A stretch of 64,000 bases of DNA from Spirochaetia bacterium (GTDB taxonomy: Bacteria > Spirochaetota > Spirochaetia > B11-G9). Positions 9,796 to 19,930 of this stretch are shown in pieces. The stretch spans positions 18,008 through 82,007 of the forward strand of contig JAQIBN010000006.1 in NCBI GenBank assembly GCA_027859095.1, in the 5' to 3' direction. Every line of letters begins with the position of its first letter. Positions within the stretch are counted from its first letter, which is position 1. The notes under the pieces were generated by a model. The model was not told where the DNA came from and ran no database searches. It worked only from the letters and a program-made list of their open reading frames with translations. The translations under genes were made by a program, and so were the position numbers.

Positions 9796-10479
9796 ATGAG
9801 AAAAATAGTGGTAATATTGGTATTTCTTTTATCTTCTTCTTTCATTTTTTCTGGAGATATTGCTCAGTATATTAATCTGGGGTTTTCCAGTGATTCAAAA
9901 TATTTCATGTTTGGACAGTATGGTATTAGTACTGAAGATACAAAAGCATTTGCTGAAACATATATAGTGGACGTATCCAAAAATGATTTTATTACTAATG
10001 GTGTAAACAGCAGGAAATTTTCTGAAGAAATACTTCCTGGTCAGGATGGTCTTGGTGCTCTTTTTACAATTCTTGAAGATTCGATTACTGTAGCTGGAAA
10101 AATTGGGATTAATCATATTTCAACTGGACGGGTTGTATATCTATTAGTAAATGGTGCAAAACCCAAAGAGCGTCTTGAGTTTAGAGATTTTTATAAGGAC
10201 GATGCCTATACAGTAACTCTTGTACAGGAAAGTTTTGGGTCTGATGAGAATATAAGTTCAACTTTTCATATCAATTTATCAGTTACAGATAAACAGGAAA
10301 AGATAAGAACTTATACAATAGGACTTCCTAATTATAAAAGGCAGAATGTATTAGGATACAGAATCAAGCAGGTTGTTTTTACGCCTTCAGAAGAAGGTCT
10401 TGTATTTGTAATAGAGAAAGAGTTTTCAGGGTCTCAAGGTAAGTTTATTCGCTATATGGTTGAAACACTGGTATTTTAA
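9796..10479 (+). CDS. DUF2259 family secreted protein
   Basis: Signal peptide then GDIAQYINLGFSSDSKYFMFGQYG; C-terminal RYMVET; GGAGG SD. Confidence 0.8.
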   Translation: MRKIVVILVFLLSSSFIFSGDIAQYINLGFSSDSKYFMFGQYGISTEDTKAFAETYIVDVSKNDFITNGVNSRKFSEEILPGQDGLGALFTILEDSITVAGKIGINHISTGRVVYLLVNGAKPKERLEFRDFYKDDAYTVTLVQESFGSDENISSTFHINLSVTDKQEKIRTYTIGLPNYKRQNVLGYRIKQVVFTPSEEGLVFVIEKEFSGSQGKFIRYMVETLVF

Positions 10480-10490
10480 AAAATTTATCT

Positions 10491-10561
10491 GTAGAGACGT
10501 TGCCTGGTCGTGCGCTTCGCTTACTGCTCGGCTATGCGACCTTAGCATGCAACATCTCTAC
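10491..10561. repeat. REP-like GTAG palindrome with nested inner hairpin
   Basis: Arms GTAGAGACGTTGC / GCAACATCTCTAC; inner GGTCG...CGACC; GC-rich, between convergent genes. Confidence 0.65.
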
Positions 10562-10600
10562 CATTATACACAGAGAACATAAAGTGTAAAAGTAAAATTA

Positions 10601-11647
10601 TCATGCAGGAGTAATAGAACCATCCAAATCCCAGAGGTCAGTCCATTCCTGCCCATCTTTCCAAAGAAAAACATGCCCCTTTATAAGCCTGCAGTTCCGA
10701 TCTATCCCTTCGAAAGCTTTCATCTCTTCCCCTGTCAGTAAATCACTTGTAACAGCCTGGAGATTACTAAGAATATTCTTCCTCTTTGCAGAAAAAGGAA
10801 TAGGCACCTGCCCCCGCTGGACAGCCCACTTCAGACAAACAACAGCAGAATGAACCCCCAATCTCTCTGCAGCAGCTACAACTACCGGGTCTTCAATATC
10901 AACAGTATCAAGACTTGTACGATCCCGTTCCGGGCGCCCCGGTGAACCTATGGGGCTGAAACCTATGGGAAGGATGCCATTTTTTACAACATAATTAAAA
11001 AAGTCCGGTTGCTGAAAATGGGGATGAAGCTCCATTTCATTACATGCTGGTTTAATATTACAGTCCCCAAGAACCATATCCAGCTTTGGAATTGTCATAT
11101 TAGAAGTACCTATGTGCCGAACAATCCCCATTTCAACAAGACTCTCCATCTGCCTCCAGGTCTTCATATAATTTTCGTGAATATAGGGTTTGGAATCAGG
11201 GCTGCGGGAGTCTATGTCACAACCCGGAGAATGATAGTTAGGAAAAGGCCAGTGAACAAGATAAAGATCAAGATAATCCAAACGAAGATCTTTCAAAGTT
11301 TGAGCACAGGATAGAAGAACATCCCCATCACCGTGTTTATCGTTCCACACCTTGGAAGTTATCCACAAGTCCTCCCTTTTCAATACTCCACTTTCAAATA
11401 CCTCTTCCAACACCTGTCCAATTTTATCTTCATTACTATAGACTGATGCACAATCCAGATGTCTGTATCCCAAAGAAAGAGCTTCACGAACCGATGTTGC
11501 TACATCTTCATGAGACACAGAATCACTTCCGAAGGTACCAAGACCTATAACAGGTATACGGGCCCCGGTATATAACTCTTTCGAAGGAACCTTTGATGGA
11601 TCAACTCCATCACTTGCCAATTTAAAGGCTGTATTTTTTATATTCAT
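10601..11647 (-). CDS. Aldo/keto reductase
   Basis: GLGTF, GYRHLDCASVY, ITSKVW, DYLDLYLVHWP, IGTSN. Confidence 0.95.
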   Translation of the reverse strand: MNIKNTAFKLASDGVDPSKVPSKELYTGARIPVIGLGTFGSDSVSHEDVATSVREALSLGYRHLDCASVYSNEDKIGQVLEEVFESGVLKREDLWITSKVWNDKHGDGDVLLSCAQTLKDLRLDYLDLYLVHWPFPNYHSPGCDIDSRSPDSKPYIHENYMKTWRQMESLVEMGIVRHIGTSNMTIPKLDMVLGDCNIKPACNEMELHPHFQQPDFFNYVVKNGILPIGFSPIGSPGRPERDRTSLDTVDIEDPVVVAAAERLGVHSAVVCLKWAVQRGQVPIPFSAKRKNILSNLQAVTSDLLTGEEMKAFEGIDRNCRLIKGHVFLWKDGQEWTDLWDLDGSITPA

Positions 11648-11654
11648 TGTATGC

Positions 11655-12719
11655 CTACCTTACTTCTTCATCAAATACAACAGCAACTTTCCCACATTGA
11701 CCGCTGGACATTAAAGCATATGCCTTATCAGCCTGATCCAGTGTAAAACGATGAGTTACAAGATCTTCCGGATGGATTCCCCAACGCAGAATTCGTTCTA
11801 CTAGTTCTTCCATCCTCCAGATATTGGTCACCCAGCTTCCATATATAGTCTTCTGATCATGAATAATATCCGGACTTGGTTGAAATTCCACAGTTCCACC
11901 CTCACCGATAAAGACAATCTTTCCCCATTTTCGGGCAGCCTGAATACAGGTTAGACGTGCCTTATCATTGGCAGAGCATTCCACAGTTTTTTCACATCCC
12001 TGCCCATCTGTTAGAGCTCTGATCTCATCAACATTATCAGGGCCAGCAAGTATAACATGATCAACCAATCCAAGTTTTTTTGCTATTTCCAATCTTTCAG
12101 GTATGACATCTATTCCTATGGTCATACTTGCCCCCATAGCCTTTGACAACATTAAAGCAGCAAGACCAACAGGTCCCAATCCAGTTACCAGTACCCTGTC
12201 GTTCCCTGATATCCCAATTTTTTCCAGTCCTTCATATACTGTCCCAAACCCACAGGCTACCTGAGCACCATCGGTGTAGGTTAGTTCGTCAGGCAGATAG
12301 ACAAGATCTTTTTCTTCAGCAATAATGTATTCAGCCATACCTCCGTCTCTCTGCCATCCATAAGCTTTCCTATATTCCTCACTGGTACAGCTAATCATAT
12401 AACCCCGTCGGCAATCGTTGCAAACACCACAACCGGAAATATGATACACAATTACTCTGTCGCCTTTTTTAAACCGTCGTAATCCCGGTCCTTCGGCAAC
12501 AACCTGCCCACAGGGCTCATGACCGGCAATCACACCCTGGTAACCTTCAGGGCCTTTCCCAAGATGCTCATGGTAAATGGCTCTTATATCACTACCGCAA
12601 ATGGTAGAGGACTTTGTTTTAATAAGAACCTCTCCATGTCCTGGAACAGGAACATCATATTCTCTAAACTCCACCGTACTATTTCCAGGTAGAACAGCAC
12701 CTTTCATCTTTTTATTCAT
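11655..12719 (-). CDS. Zinc-binding (MDR) sugar/polyol dehydrogenase
   Basis: ICGSD, GHEPCG, CGVCNDC...C structural Zn site, GLGPVG. Confidence 0.95.
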   Translation of the reverse strand: MNKKMKGAVLPGNSTVEFREYDVPVPGHGEVLIKTKSSTICGSDIRAIYHEHLGKGPEGYQGVIAGHEPCGQVVAEGPGLRRFKKGDRVIVYHISGCGVCNDCRRGYMISCTSEEYRKAYGWQRDGGMAEYIIAEEKDLVYLPDELTYTDGAQVACGFGTVYEGLEKIGISGNDRVLVTGLGPVGLAALMLSKAMGASMTIGIDVIPERLEIAKKLGLVDHVILAGPDNVDEIRALTDGQGCEKTVECSANDKARLTCIQAARKWGKIVFIGEGGTVEFQPSPDIIHDQKTIYGSWVTNIWRMEELVERILRWGIHPEDLVTHRFTLDQADKAYALMSSGQCGKVAVVFDEEVR

Positions 12720-12747
12720 AACAAACTCCTATCTATCTTTATTTATT

Positions 12748-13656
12748 CTATTTATTTTGAATAAGATCCTGTATACGATCTAATTCTGATTCATCCTTTC
12801 CAACTTTCATATGGTGGAGACTCCATACTTCCTTCTGTGAAACAGATCCGCCCGGGACAAGCCTTGTTAGAGGTGAAAGAGATTCAATCTCAAGAAAACC
12901 CGGCTGTGTAAAAAATTCGGCGTTACAGCCCATATCAGGATAAACTGCTCCTGCTTTGAATGGATGCTGTTTTAGAAAAACCATATCTTCAAGACAGTAA
13001 GCAGCCCATCCCTTTGTATTATTTACACCAATTTTTTGTTTCGAAGGGTAACTGTCATCCTGTTTTAACTGTATATAGCGTTCTCCCCAAATAAACCTGG
13101 GGTCATTCATCTTTGTAAAATGCCACAATACAAGAGGTCTTGCAGGGACAAGAGCTTCAGGATGCGAGATATACTCTTCCTGAGGAATAATAACACGTCC
13201 TCCAGGAGCCATAACACTCAGACACCAGGCTGCTAACTCAACATCCCATACACCCTTATTGATAATTTCATGGTCAAGTACAACCCTGCTTCCCTCGATT
13301 GATAGGTCAATACTGATTTTTTTTCCTATTTTGGTTCCTTTTTCATCTATAGGCATAAGAGTAAGAGTCCTTCCATTCCAGTCATAAGGAACAGGATCGT
13401 TATCAGGATAGTATGTTCTGGGAAAGACTTCAGGGGCATGCCATAAACGATGGCCTCCATAACTCTGCCACTCATCCACTTTAGGGGCAGCCAACTGTTC
13501 ATCAAAATTCTTAAACAGATTACCTTCTCCTGTAAATCCATAAAACAGGATTCTTGGTCCAAACTCAGTACTGAGAATCAAATCAACAGTACCATTTCCC
13601 AATTTCAAACAATTTTTGACTAGTCCAAAATCTATTACATCAAGTGAAACACTCAT
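12748..13656 (-). CDS. DUF4380-like protein (possible aldose epimerase-like fold)
   Basis: GPRIL, YGGHRLWHAPE, LEIESLSP; start placed after AAGGAG SD. Confidence 0.7.
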   Translation of the reverse strand: MSVSLDVIDFGLVKNCLKLGNGTVDLILSTEFGPRILFYGFTGEGNLFKNFDEQLAAPKVDEWQSYGGHRLWHAPEVFPRTYYPDNDPVPYDWNGRTLTLMPIDEKGTKIGKKISIDLSIEGSRVVLDHEIINKGVWDVELAAWCLSVMAPGGRVIIPQEEYISHPEALVPARPLVLWHFTKMNDPRFIWGERYIQLKQDDSYPSKQKIGVNNTKGWAAYCLEDMVFLKQHPFKAGAVYPDMGCNAEFFTQPGFLEIESLSPLTRLVPGGSVSQKEVWSLHHMKVGKDESELDRIQDLIQNK

Positions 13657-13751
13657 AGAAACTCCTTGTTTATTGACTATAACGCTGTACATCCCAAAAT
13701 TGAATGGCTATAATTGACGAGTACATACCAATAATTGATCTGGAGACAATA

Positions 13752-14651
13752 ATGCCTCTAAACCAGAAATCAATCATAGAGACCCTTGAACCTGAGTATT
13801 TTTCAAAGCAAATTCATCAGGCCAAGCGATTCTACCGTATTTCGGAGAAGCAAAAGCCCGGTTCAGGTCAGGAATCCCAGGTTATTGCCGGGGGAAGAGA
13901 GACATGTTCTTCAGGATATCTGGTATCCAGGGAGACATTTCCCTATCATACAATTGAATTTATAACCCGTGGGCATGGCAAGCTAATACTGAATGGAGCA
14001 ATATGGGAGCTTAGTCCGGGTACAATTTTCTCATATGGTCCTGGTATAGCTCATGAAATTAAAAATGATACAAAAGAACCAATTGAAAAATATTTTGTAA
14101 ATATTGCGGGGGAAAAAGCTGCATATCTTCTGACTGGAGAATTGTCATTATCTGGGAAGGTTTTACACACTTCAACCCCCCATTCGCTACTGGCTACCTT
14201 CGAAGAACTGATACATTTTGGTCTTTTTCATTCACCATGGAGTGATAAACTTTGCTCCAGTCTGGTAGATGTTCTTATCTATAAAATCGCAAGCTCAGCT
14301 CTGACTCATGGGGATCCGGTTACAACAGCTTTCACAACATTCCAAAGGTGCAGGAACTATATAGGAGCCCATTACATACAATTCAGGACATTGGAATCTA
14401 TCTCAGAAGCATGTGGTATTTCTCCACCATACCTATGTCGATTATTCCAAAAATTTGACCATCAGTCTCCCTACCAATACCTCATACGTCTGCAAATGAA
14501 TCATGCAGCTGATTGTATTTTGGAAAAACGTTTACAGATACAGGAGGTCGCTATGAGTATGGGGTTTGAGGATCCACAACATTTTTCAAGAACCTTTAAA
14601 AAAGTTATTGGCATTTCTCCTACAGATTTGATCCGGCAGTCTTTAAGATAA
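13752..14651 (+). CDS. AraC family transcriptional regulator
   Basis: N-terminal cupin, C-terminal GFEDPQHFSRTFKK; divergent from the cassette. Confidence 0.9.
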   Translation: MPLNQKSIIETLEPEYFSKQIHQAKRFYRISEKQKPGSGQESQVIAGGRETCSSGYLVSRETFPYHTIEFITRGHGKLILNGAIWELSPGTIFSYGPGIAHEIKNDTKEPIEKYFVNIAGEKAAYLLTGELSLSGKVLHTSTPHSLLATFEELIHFGLFHSPWSDKLCSSLVDVLIYKIASSALTHGDPVTTAFTTFQRCRNYIGAHYIQFRTLESISEACGISPPYLCRLFQKFDHQSPYQYLIRLQMNHAADCILEKRLQIQEVAMSMGFEDPQHFSRTFKKVIGISPTDLIRQSLR

Positions 14652-14814
14652 ACTATTTTAAATATTTTCGAATACAATTCGAATATGTTACGAATATATT
14701 ATTATCATGATTGGGGAGTTTAATTGTAATATTGGTTATTGTAAATTGATTACTTGCTAAGTGTATTTATATCAATTAGAATTATAAAGATTTAACAGGG
14801 AAAAAGGATTAAAT

Positions 14815-15753
14815 ATGATTATCAGTTTAGGAGAAGCACTTATCGATTTTATCAGCCAGGAAGATCTGGAATTTAAAGGATTCCCCGGGGGATCTCCAAT
14901 GAACACATCTATTGCCATTTCCCGTTTGGGCATTCCCTGTCAGTTTCTTGGTAGAATAAGTACTGATATATTTGGGAACCGACTTATTGACCATCTAAAA
15001 ATAAATTCAGTTGGAACAGATATGGTTCTAAGAACTGATGACAATACAACACTTTCGTTTGTACAAAAGCAAGCTGATGGTCAGGTAAGATACGGTTTTT
15101 TTGCAAATGGTACAGCAGACAGAAACCTACCAAAAGTAGAATTAAATAAAATTGTTTTACCAAAAGAAGTTAAAATTCTTCATTTTGGATCTATTTCCCT
15201 TTCCATGGAACCCTGCGGATCCACAATAAGTGAGTTTCTTCAAAATAATTGTAAAAATATGATGTTGTCTTTTGACCCAAATATAAGACCTTCTCTTGTT
15301 CCAGATAAAAAAATATACATGGAACGATTTAATCAGTTATGTCGGATAACTTCAGTTTTAAAACTTAGTGATGAAGATCTTATCTGGCTATATCCTGAAC
15401 AGACTACTGAAAAAGCTATTGGCCTTCTGCTCGAATCAGGAGTTTCTCTTATAGCTCTTACAACAGGTAAAACAGGGGCATTACTAATTAATAAAAAAAA
15501 CAAAATCAGTTCACCCTTATTTGACCTTCCTGTAGCAGATACAATTGGTGCAGGAGATACTTTCCATGGAGCAATGCTTTCCTATCTCTATAAGAAGAAT
15601 TGGCTGGACAGAGCTACATTGAAAAACCTTACTAAAGAACAACTCAGTCTTCTTGGGAATTATGCAAATAAAGCAGCTGGAATTAATTGTTCAAGGTCTG
15701 GTGCAAATCCACCAACAGAACTGGAAATGGACAAAGAATGGGAGATTAAGTAA
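14815..15753 (+). CDS. PfkB family carbohydrate kinase (fructokinase-like)
   Basis: GEALID, GGSPMN, FDPNIRP, DTIGAGDTF. Confidence 0.9.
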   Translation: MIISLGEALIDFISQEDLEFKGFPGGSPMNTSIAISRLGIPCQFLGRISTDIFGNRLIDHLKINSVGTDMVLRTDDNTTLSFVQKQADGQVRYGFFANGTADRNLPKVELNKIVLPKEVKILHFGSISLSMEPCGSTISEFLQNNCKNMMLSFDPNIRPSLVPDKKIYMERFNQLCRITSVLKLSDEDLIWLYPEQTTEKAIGLLLESGVSLIALTTGKTGALLINKKNKISSPLFDLPVADTIGAGDTFHGAMLSYLYKKNWLDRATLKNLTKEQLSLLGNYANKAAGINCSRSGANPPTELEMDKEWEIK

Positions 15754-16694
15754 TGGAAGTATCACTTGTAATATCAAAACTAATGCCTGTTATTCTAATA
15801 ATTGCTCTAGGGTGGATACTAAGAAAATTTAAGTTTATTACAGATGAAGGAAATAGCTTTCTAAAAAAATTAATAGTTAACGTAGGTCTTCCGGCTGTAC
15901 TATTTGTATCATTTCTAAATATGTCCATGACTATGTCACTATTATTTTTAATTCCAGGTATTTTTATACTCAATGCTCTACTCCTTTTATTTGGAAAGTT
16001 TGCAGGTTCTTTTGTTGGAGGGAAATATTCTCCTTTTCTTTTTACGGGTTTTGAATATGGGATGTTTGCAATTGCTGTTTTTACTGCAGCTTACGGAACA
16101 GCATCAACATCATACATAGCTATTATAGATTTGGGACATGAATTGTTTATATGGTTCGTTTTTGTGACTGTACTCCTTTCAGTTTCCGGTAACAAACAAA
16201 CAGTAAAAGGAACCCTCATTTCATTTATCAAATCTCCGATAATTCTGGCTATTACTATTGGTATAATTGGGAATGTATTAAATTTAGGAGAAATTATTAA
16301 TTCCAATCCTATTTCAAAAGGACTTTTAACAACAATTGAAATGCTAATGTCTCTGACTGCTCCATTAATATTATTGTCTATTGGTGCAGGACTATCATTA
16401 TCAAAATCAGGAATAAGCTTTGCAGCAAAAGTTACTGCAATCAGAATGCCAATAGTGCTTGTACTAAGTTATATAATTGGAAAGCTGGTACTTAGGAATT
16501 TACTGGGATTACCGTTTGCCTATGAAGCGGCCCTGTTTACACTCTTTATAGCACCTCCGCCTTTTATTATTCCACTGTTTATGCCTGATAAAGATTCTGT
16601 TGAGCGAGGTACAATAAATACAACACTCACTTTTTATACCATTGTGTCACTGGTTTTATTTGTAATCTATTTTTCGTTTAATCCGGTATTGTAA
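15753..16694 (+). CDS. AEC family membrane transporter
   Basis: About 10 TM segments, NVGLPAVLF, KSPII; coupled to the kinase (TAATG). Confidence 0.75.
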   Translation: MEVSLVISKLMPVILIIALGWILRKFKFITDEGNSFLKKLIVNVGLPAVLFVSFLNMSMTMSLLFLIPGIFILNALLLLFGKFAGSFVGGKYSPFLFTGFEYGMFAIAVFTAAYGTASTSYIAIIDLGHELFIWFVFVTVLLSVSGNKQTVKGTLISFIKSPIILAITIGIIGNVLNLGEIINSNPISKGLLTTIEMLMSLTAPLILLSIGAGLSLSKSGISFAAKVTAIRMPIVLVLSYIIGKLVLRNLLGLPFAYEAALFTLFIAPPPFIIPLFMPDKDSVERGTINTTLTFYTIVSLVLFVIYFSFNPVL

Positions 16695-16740
16695 TCAGAA
16701 ATTCCTGGTTTATACATGATTAAATAAGTATACTATACAT

Positions 16741-17190
16741 ATGAAAAAGATAATATTAATAGGACTTACACTGATATTCTCTGGAATTATCGCAAATAGC
16801 CTCATAGCAGATGAAATAAATACAGGACGCTTTAACAATCTGGCAATTGGAGGCTACGATCCTGTAGCATATCACCTCCTTGGAAAACCTCAGAAAGGAA
16901 GTAAAGATTTTGTAGTAATATGGAAAGGAGCAGAATGGCGCTTTTTATCCCAGGAACATCTAGATCTTTTTGAATCTGATCCTGAAACCTATATTCCCCA
17001 ATTTGGTGGATTTTGCGCCAACGGACTCTCTGATGGTCATAAAATTAGGGGTAATCCAAAAATTTGGAGAGTATATAATGATAAACTGTTTCTGTTTTAT
17101 TCAAAAAATGGCAAAGAAAGTTGGATTTTGGATACTGATAATAAAATTAATTTAGCCAGTGATTATTGGGAAAAAGTGAAGTATGACTGA
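16741..17190 (+). CDS. YHS domain-containing secreted protein
   Basis: AIGGYDPVAY, WKGAEWRF, PQFGGFCA. Confidence 0.85.
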   Translation: MKKIILIGLTLIFSGIIANSLIADEINTGRFNNLAIGGYDPVAYHLLGKPQKGSKDFVVIWKGAEWRFLSQEHLDLFESDPETYIPQFGGFCANGLSDGHKIRGNPKIWRVYNDKLFLFYSKNGKESWILDTDNKINLASDYWEKVKYD

Positions 17191-17439
17191 ATAAATTTTA
17201 TTATTACTGTGTTTTGAATGCTAAATAAGTAAAATATAAATAATCTTAGGGTATGAAATAATTCATTTGCCATCTTCAATTCTTCACCTAATTTATTCAT
17301 AAAAAAAAGACTGGTATAATCAACAATAAATATTCTGCTTTTTATTTTTACAACAGTAGTTGTTTCTATCATATCTATGGAAATTATATTTAATCTAAAA
17401 TATTTTGTACTTTATAAAAAGTTCTCCGCAGTTCAGATA

Positions 17440-17838
17440 CTATACAAATTCAATTTCAAAGGACATTTTTGCTACAACAGAAAGTGTTTGATAAACAGAA
17501 CAGTATTTTGAAGCAAGTTCAATAGATTTTTGAAGTCCCTTTTCATTTTTACCATTTTGGATAATAAATTTAACATTTACCCATTTCAAAATTCTTGGAA
17601 TTGATTTTTTATTATCTCCAGTAACTTCTACTGTAGCTAAATCAAATAAAATTTTTTTCTTATCTGCAATTTCTAGAAAATGAACAAACATGCATGACCC
17701 TAAAGCACCGAAAATCAAGTCATATGGCAGGATATTCCCATTACCAATAAGGATATTCCCTTTAGGAGTAACTACCTCTCCTTCATATGTGTTTCTGAAT
17801 TTCATATATATTTTGTTTAATGACATTAGACACTCCAA
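17440..17838 (-). CDS. OsmC family protein
   Basis: PYDLIFGALGSC and ASKYCSV two-Cys pattern. Confidence 0.85.
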   Translation of the reverse strand: MECLMSLNKIYMKFRNTYEGEVVTPKGNILIGNGNILPYDLIFGALGSCMFVHFLEIADKKKILFDLATVEVTGDNKKSIPRILKWVNVKFIIQNGKNEKGLQKSIELASKYCSVYQTLSVVAKMSFEIEFV

Positions 17839-17927
17839 TAATATATCTTTTTAAGACAATAGATCTTCAAGGTTAAAATTATACATTCAATATTAAAGGT
17901 AACTTCTAGTATTAAACTAAAAAACTT

Positions 17928-18902
17928 TTACTCGAATTCCCCGGACAAATGATCACTAAAAACATGACATGCAGAAAAATGACCGGGTGAAATTTCTTTA
18001 AACTCAGGTTCAGTTTGTTTGCAAATATCCTGGACATAATTACACCTATTGGCAAATCTGCAATTATCCTTGGGATTAATAGGTGATGTAATTTCACCTT
18101 TTAGAATTATTTTATCGACTTTCCTATCTAAAGTAGGACGTGGTATGGCTGAAAGAAGAGCCTTAGTATATGGATGAATAGGGTTGCTAAAAAGCTCTTC
18201 TGCAGGTGCTTTTTCAATCAATTTACCCAAATACATAACAGCAATATCATCTGAAAAATGGTTAACAACCGATAGATCATGGGTAATAAAAATATAGGTA
18301 AGTCCCAATTTTTGCTGAAGTTCTTTCATAAGATTTAGAATTTGTGCTTGAATTGAAACATCCAGGGCAGAAACAGGTTCATCACAAACAATAAATTTTG
18401 TATCAAGAGAAAGTGCCCTTGCAATTCCAATGCGCTGTCTTCTTCCACCATCCAACTCATGTGGATAGGTATTCATCAACCGTCTGGAAAGGCCAACAAG
18501 ATCCATTAATTCAAGAACACGTTCAAAGCGTTTCTCTTTATCGTTTATAATTTTATTTAATTTAATTGGTTCTTCAATAATTTCACTTACAGTCATTCTT
18601 GGATCTAGGGAAGAAAATGGGTCCTGAAAAATAATTTGCATTTCTTTTCTGAGCTCTCTCATTTTATTTTTTTTGAGTTCTCTTATATTTTTTCCCTTAT
18701 AGAATATTTCTCCATTTGTGGCTTCCAGCAATCTTAAAATAACTCTTCCTGCTGTTGACTTTCCACAGCCCGATTCGCCGACAAGTCCAAGCGTCTTTCC
18801 CTCTTTTATTGAAAAACTAACATCATCCACAGCGTGTAGTTTCCCTTTAGGAGTATCAAAATATTTCTTTAGATTTTTAACTTCCAGTAAAAATTCAGAC
18901 AT
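17928..18902 (-). CDS. dppF: Oligo/dipeptide ABC ATPase (OppF/DppF)
   Basis: GESGCGKST, QIIFQDP, CDEPVSALD, C-terminal Cys cluster. Confidence 0.9.
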   Translation of the reverse strand: MSEFLLEVKNLKKYFDTPKGKLHAVDDVSFSIKEGKTLGLVGESGCGKSTAGRVILRLLEATNGEIFYKGKNIRELKKNKMRELRKEMQIIFQDPFSSLDPRMTVSEIIEEPIKLNKIINDKEKRFERVLELMDLVGLSRRLMNTYPHELDGGRRQRIGIARALSLDTKFIVCDEPVSALDVSIQAQILNLMKELQQKLGLTYIFITHDLSVVNHFSDDIAVMYLGKLIEKAPAEELFSNPIHPYTKALLSAIPRPTLDRKVDKIILKGEITSPINPKDNCRFANRCNYVQDICKQTEPEFKEISPGHFSACHVFSDHLSGEFE

Positions 18903-18918
18903 TAGAATATTTCCCCTC

Positions 18919-19917
18919 TTATTTTTTTCCACAATTTAATTGAAAATCAGAATTTCCGGAATATAAATGACATTCACTAAAATGTGTCCCGGAAAAATAT
19001 ATCTTCTTAGGTTTTTCAGTCTGACAAATATCCAATGCATAATCACATCTATCACAGAAAGAACAGCCATCCGGGAGATTATAAGGATCAGACATTAGAC
19101 CTCTTATGGGTATAAGTTCAGCTTTTCTGTCATCGATATTAGGAATTGAATTAAATAATCCTTCCGTATAAGGATGTTTTGTGTACTTAAATATCTCCTC
19201 AAGATTTCCTTGTTCAACAATGCGGCCAGCATACATGATAGCAACATCATCACAAACTTCCGCTACAACTCCAAGGTCATGAGTTATCATTAACATGGAC
19301 ATTTCCAGTTTTTCTTTTAGTTCTTTCATCAGTTCCAGAACCTGAGCCTGAATTGTTACATCCAGAGCAGTTGTTGGTTCATCAGCAATTAATAATTTGG
19401 GGCTGCAGGAAAGTGCAATTGCAATTATTACACGCTGTTTCATTCCACCAGAAAACTGATGAGGATATTCTTCCATTCGGCTACCCGGGATTCCAACTAT
19501 TTCCAGCATCTCTCTGGCTTTTTCTTTTGCACCTTCTTTTGTTACATCCTGATGAATACTTATCGCTTCTGATATTTGTTCACCAACACATATTGATGGA
19601 TTCAATGCAGTCATCGGATCCTGAAAAATCATAGATACCAGCCGACCACGTATGGTTTCCATCTCATTTTCACTAATTTCCAATAGTTTTATATTGTCTA
19701 GGATTATATCTCCTGAAATAATTTCTCCAGGAGGATCCGGAATTAATCGTAAAATAGACATTGCAGTTGTTGTTTTTCCAGCTCCTGTTTCTCCAACCAG
19801 ACCCAGGGTTCTTCCTTTTTCAATAAGCATATCAATTCCATTAACTGCTTCTACAATCCCATCATCTGTAACATATCTAATTTTAAGATTTTTTATCTCT
19901 AAAACTTTATTCCTCAT
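18919..19917 (-). CDS. dppD: Oligo/dipeptide ABC ATPase (OppD/DppD)
   Basis: [26 protein letters not shown]. Confidence 0.9.
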   Translation of the reverse strand: MRNKVLEIKNLKIRYVTDDGIVEAVNGIDMLIEKGRTLGLVGETGAGKTTTAMSILRLIPDPPGEIISGDIILDNIKLLEISENEMETIRGRLVSMIFQDPMTALNPSICVGEQISEAISIHQDVTKEGAKEKAREMLEIVGIPGSRMEEYPHQFSGGMKQRVIIAIALSCSPKLLIADEPTTALDVTIQAQVLELMKELKEKLEMSMLMITHDLGVVAEVCDDVAIMYAGRIVEQGNLEEIFKYTKHPYTEGLFNSIPNIDDRKAELIPIRGLMSDPYNLPDGCSFCDRCDYALDICQTEKPKKIYFSGTHFSECHLYSGNSDFQLNCGKK

Positions 19918-19930
19918 CTCACGTTACCTT

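Noticed and set aside
17163..17372. 69-aa minus-strand ORF
   Set aside because: AT-rich, no SD or recognisable motif; may be decayed DNA but cannot be supported
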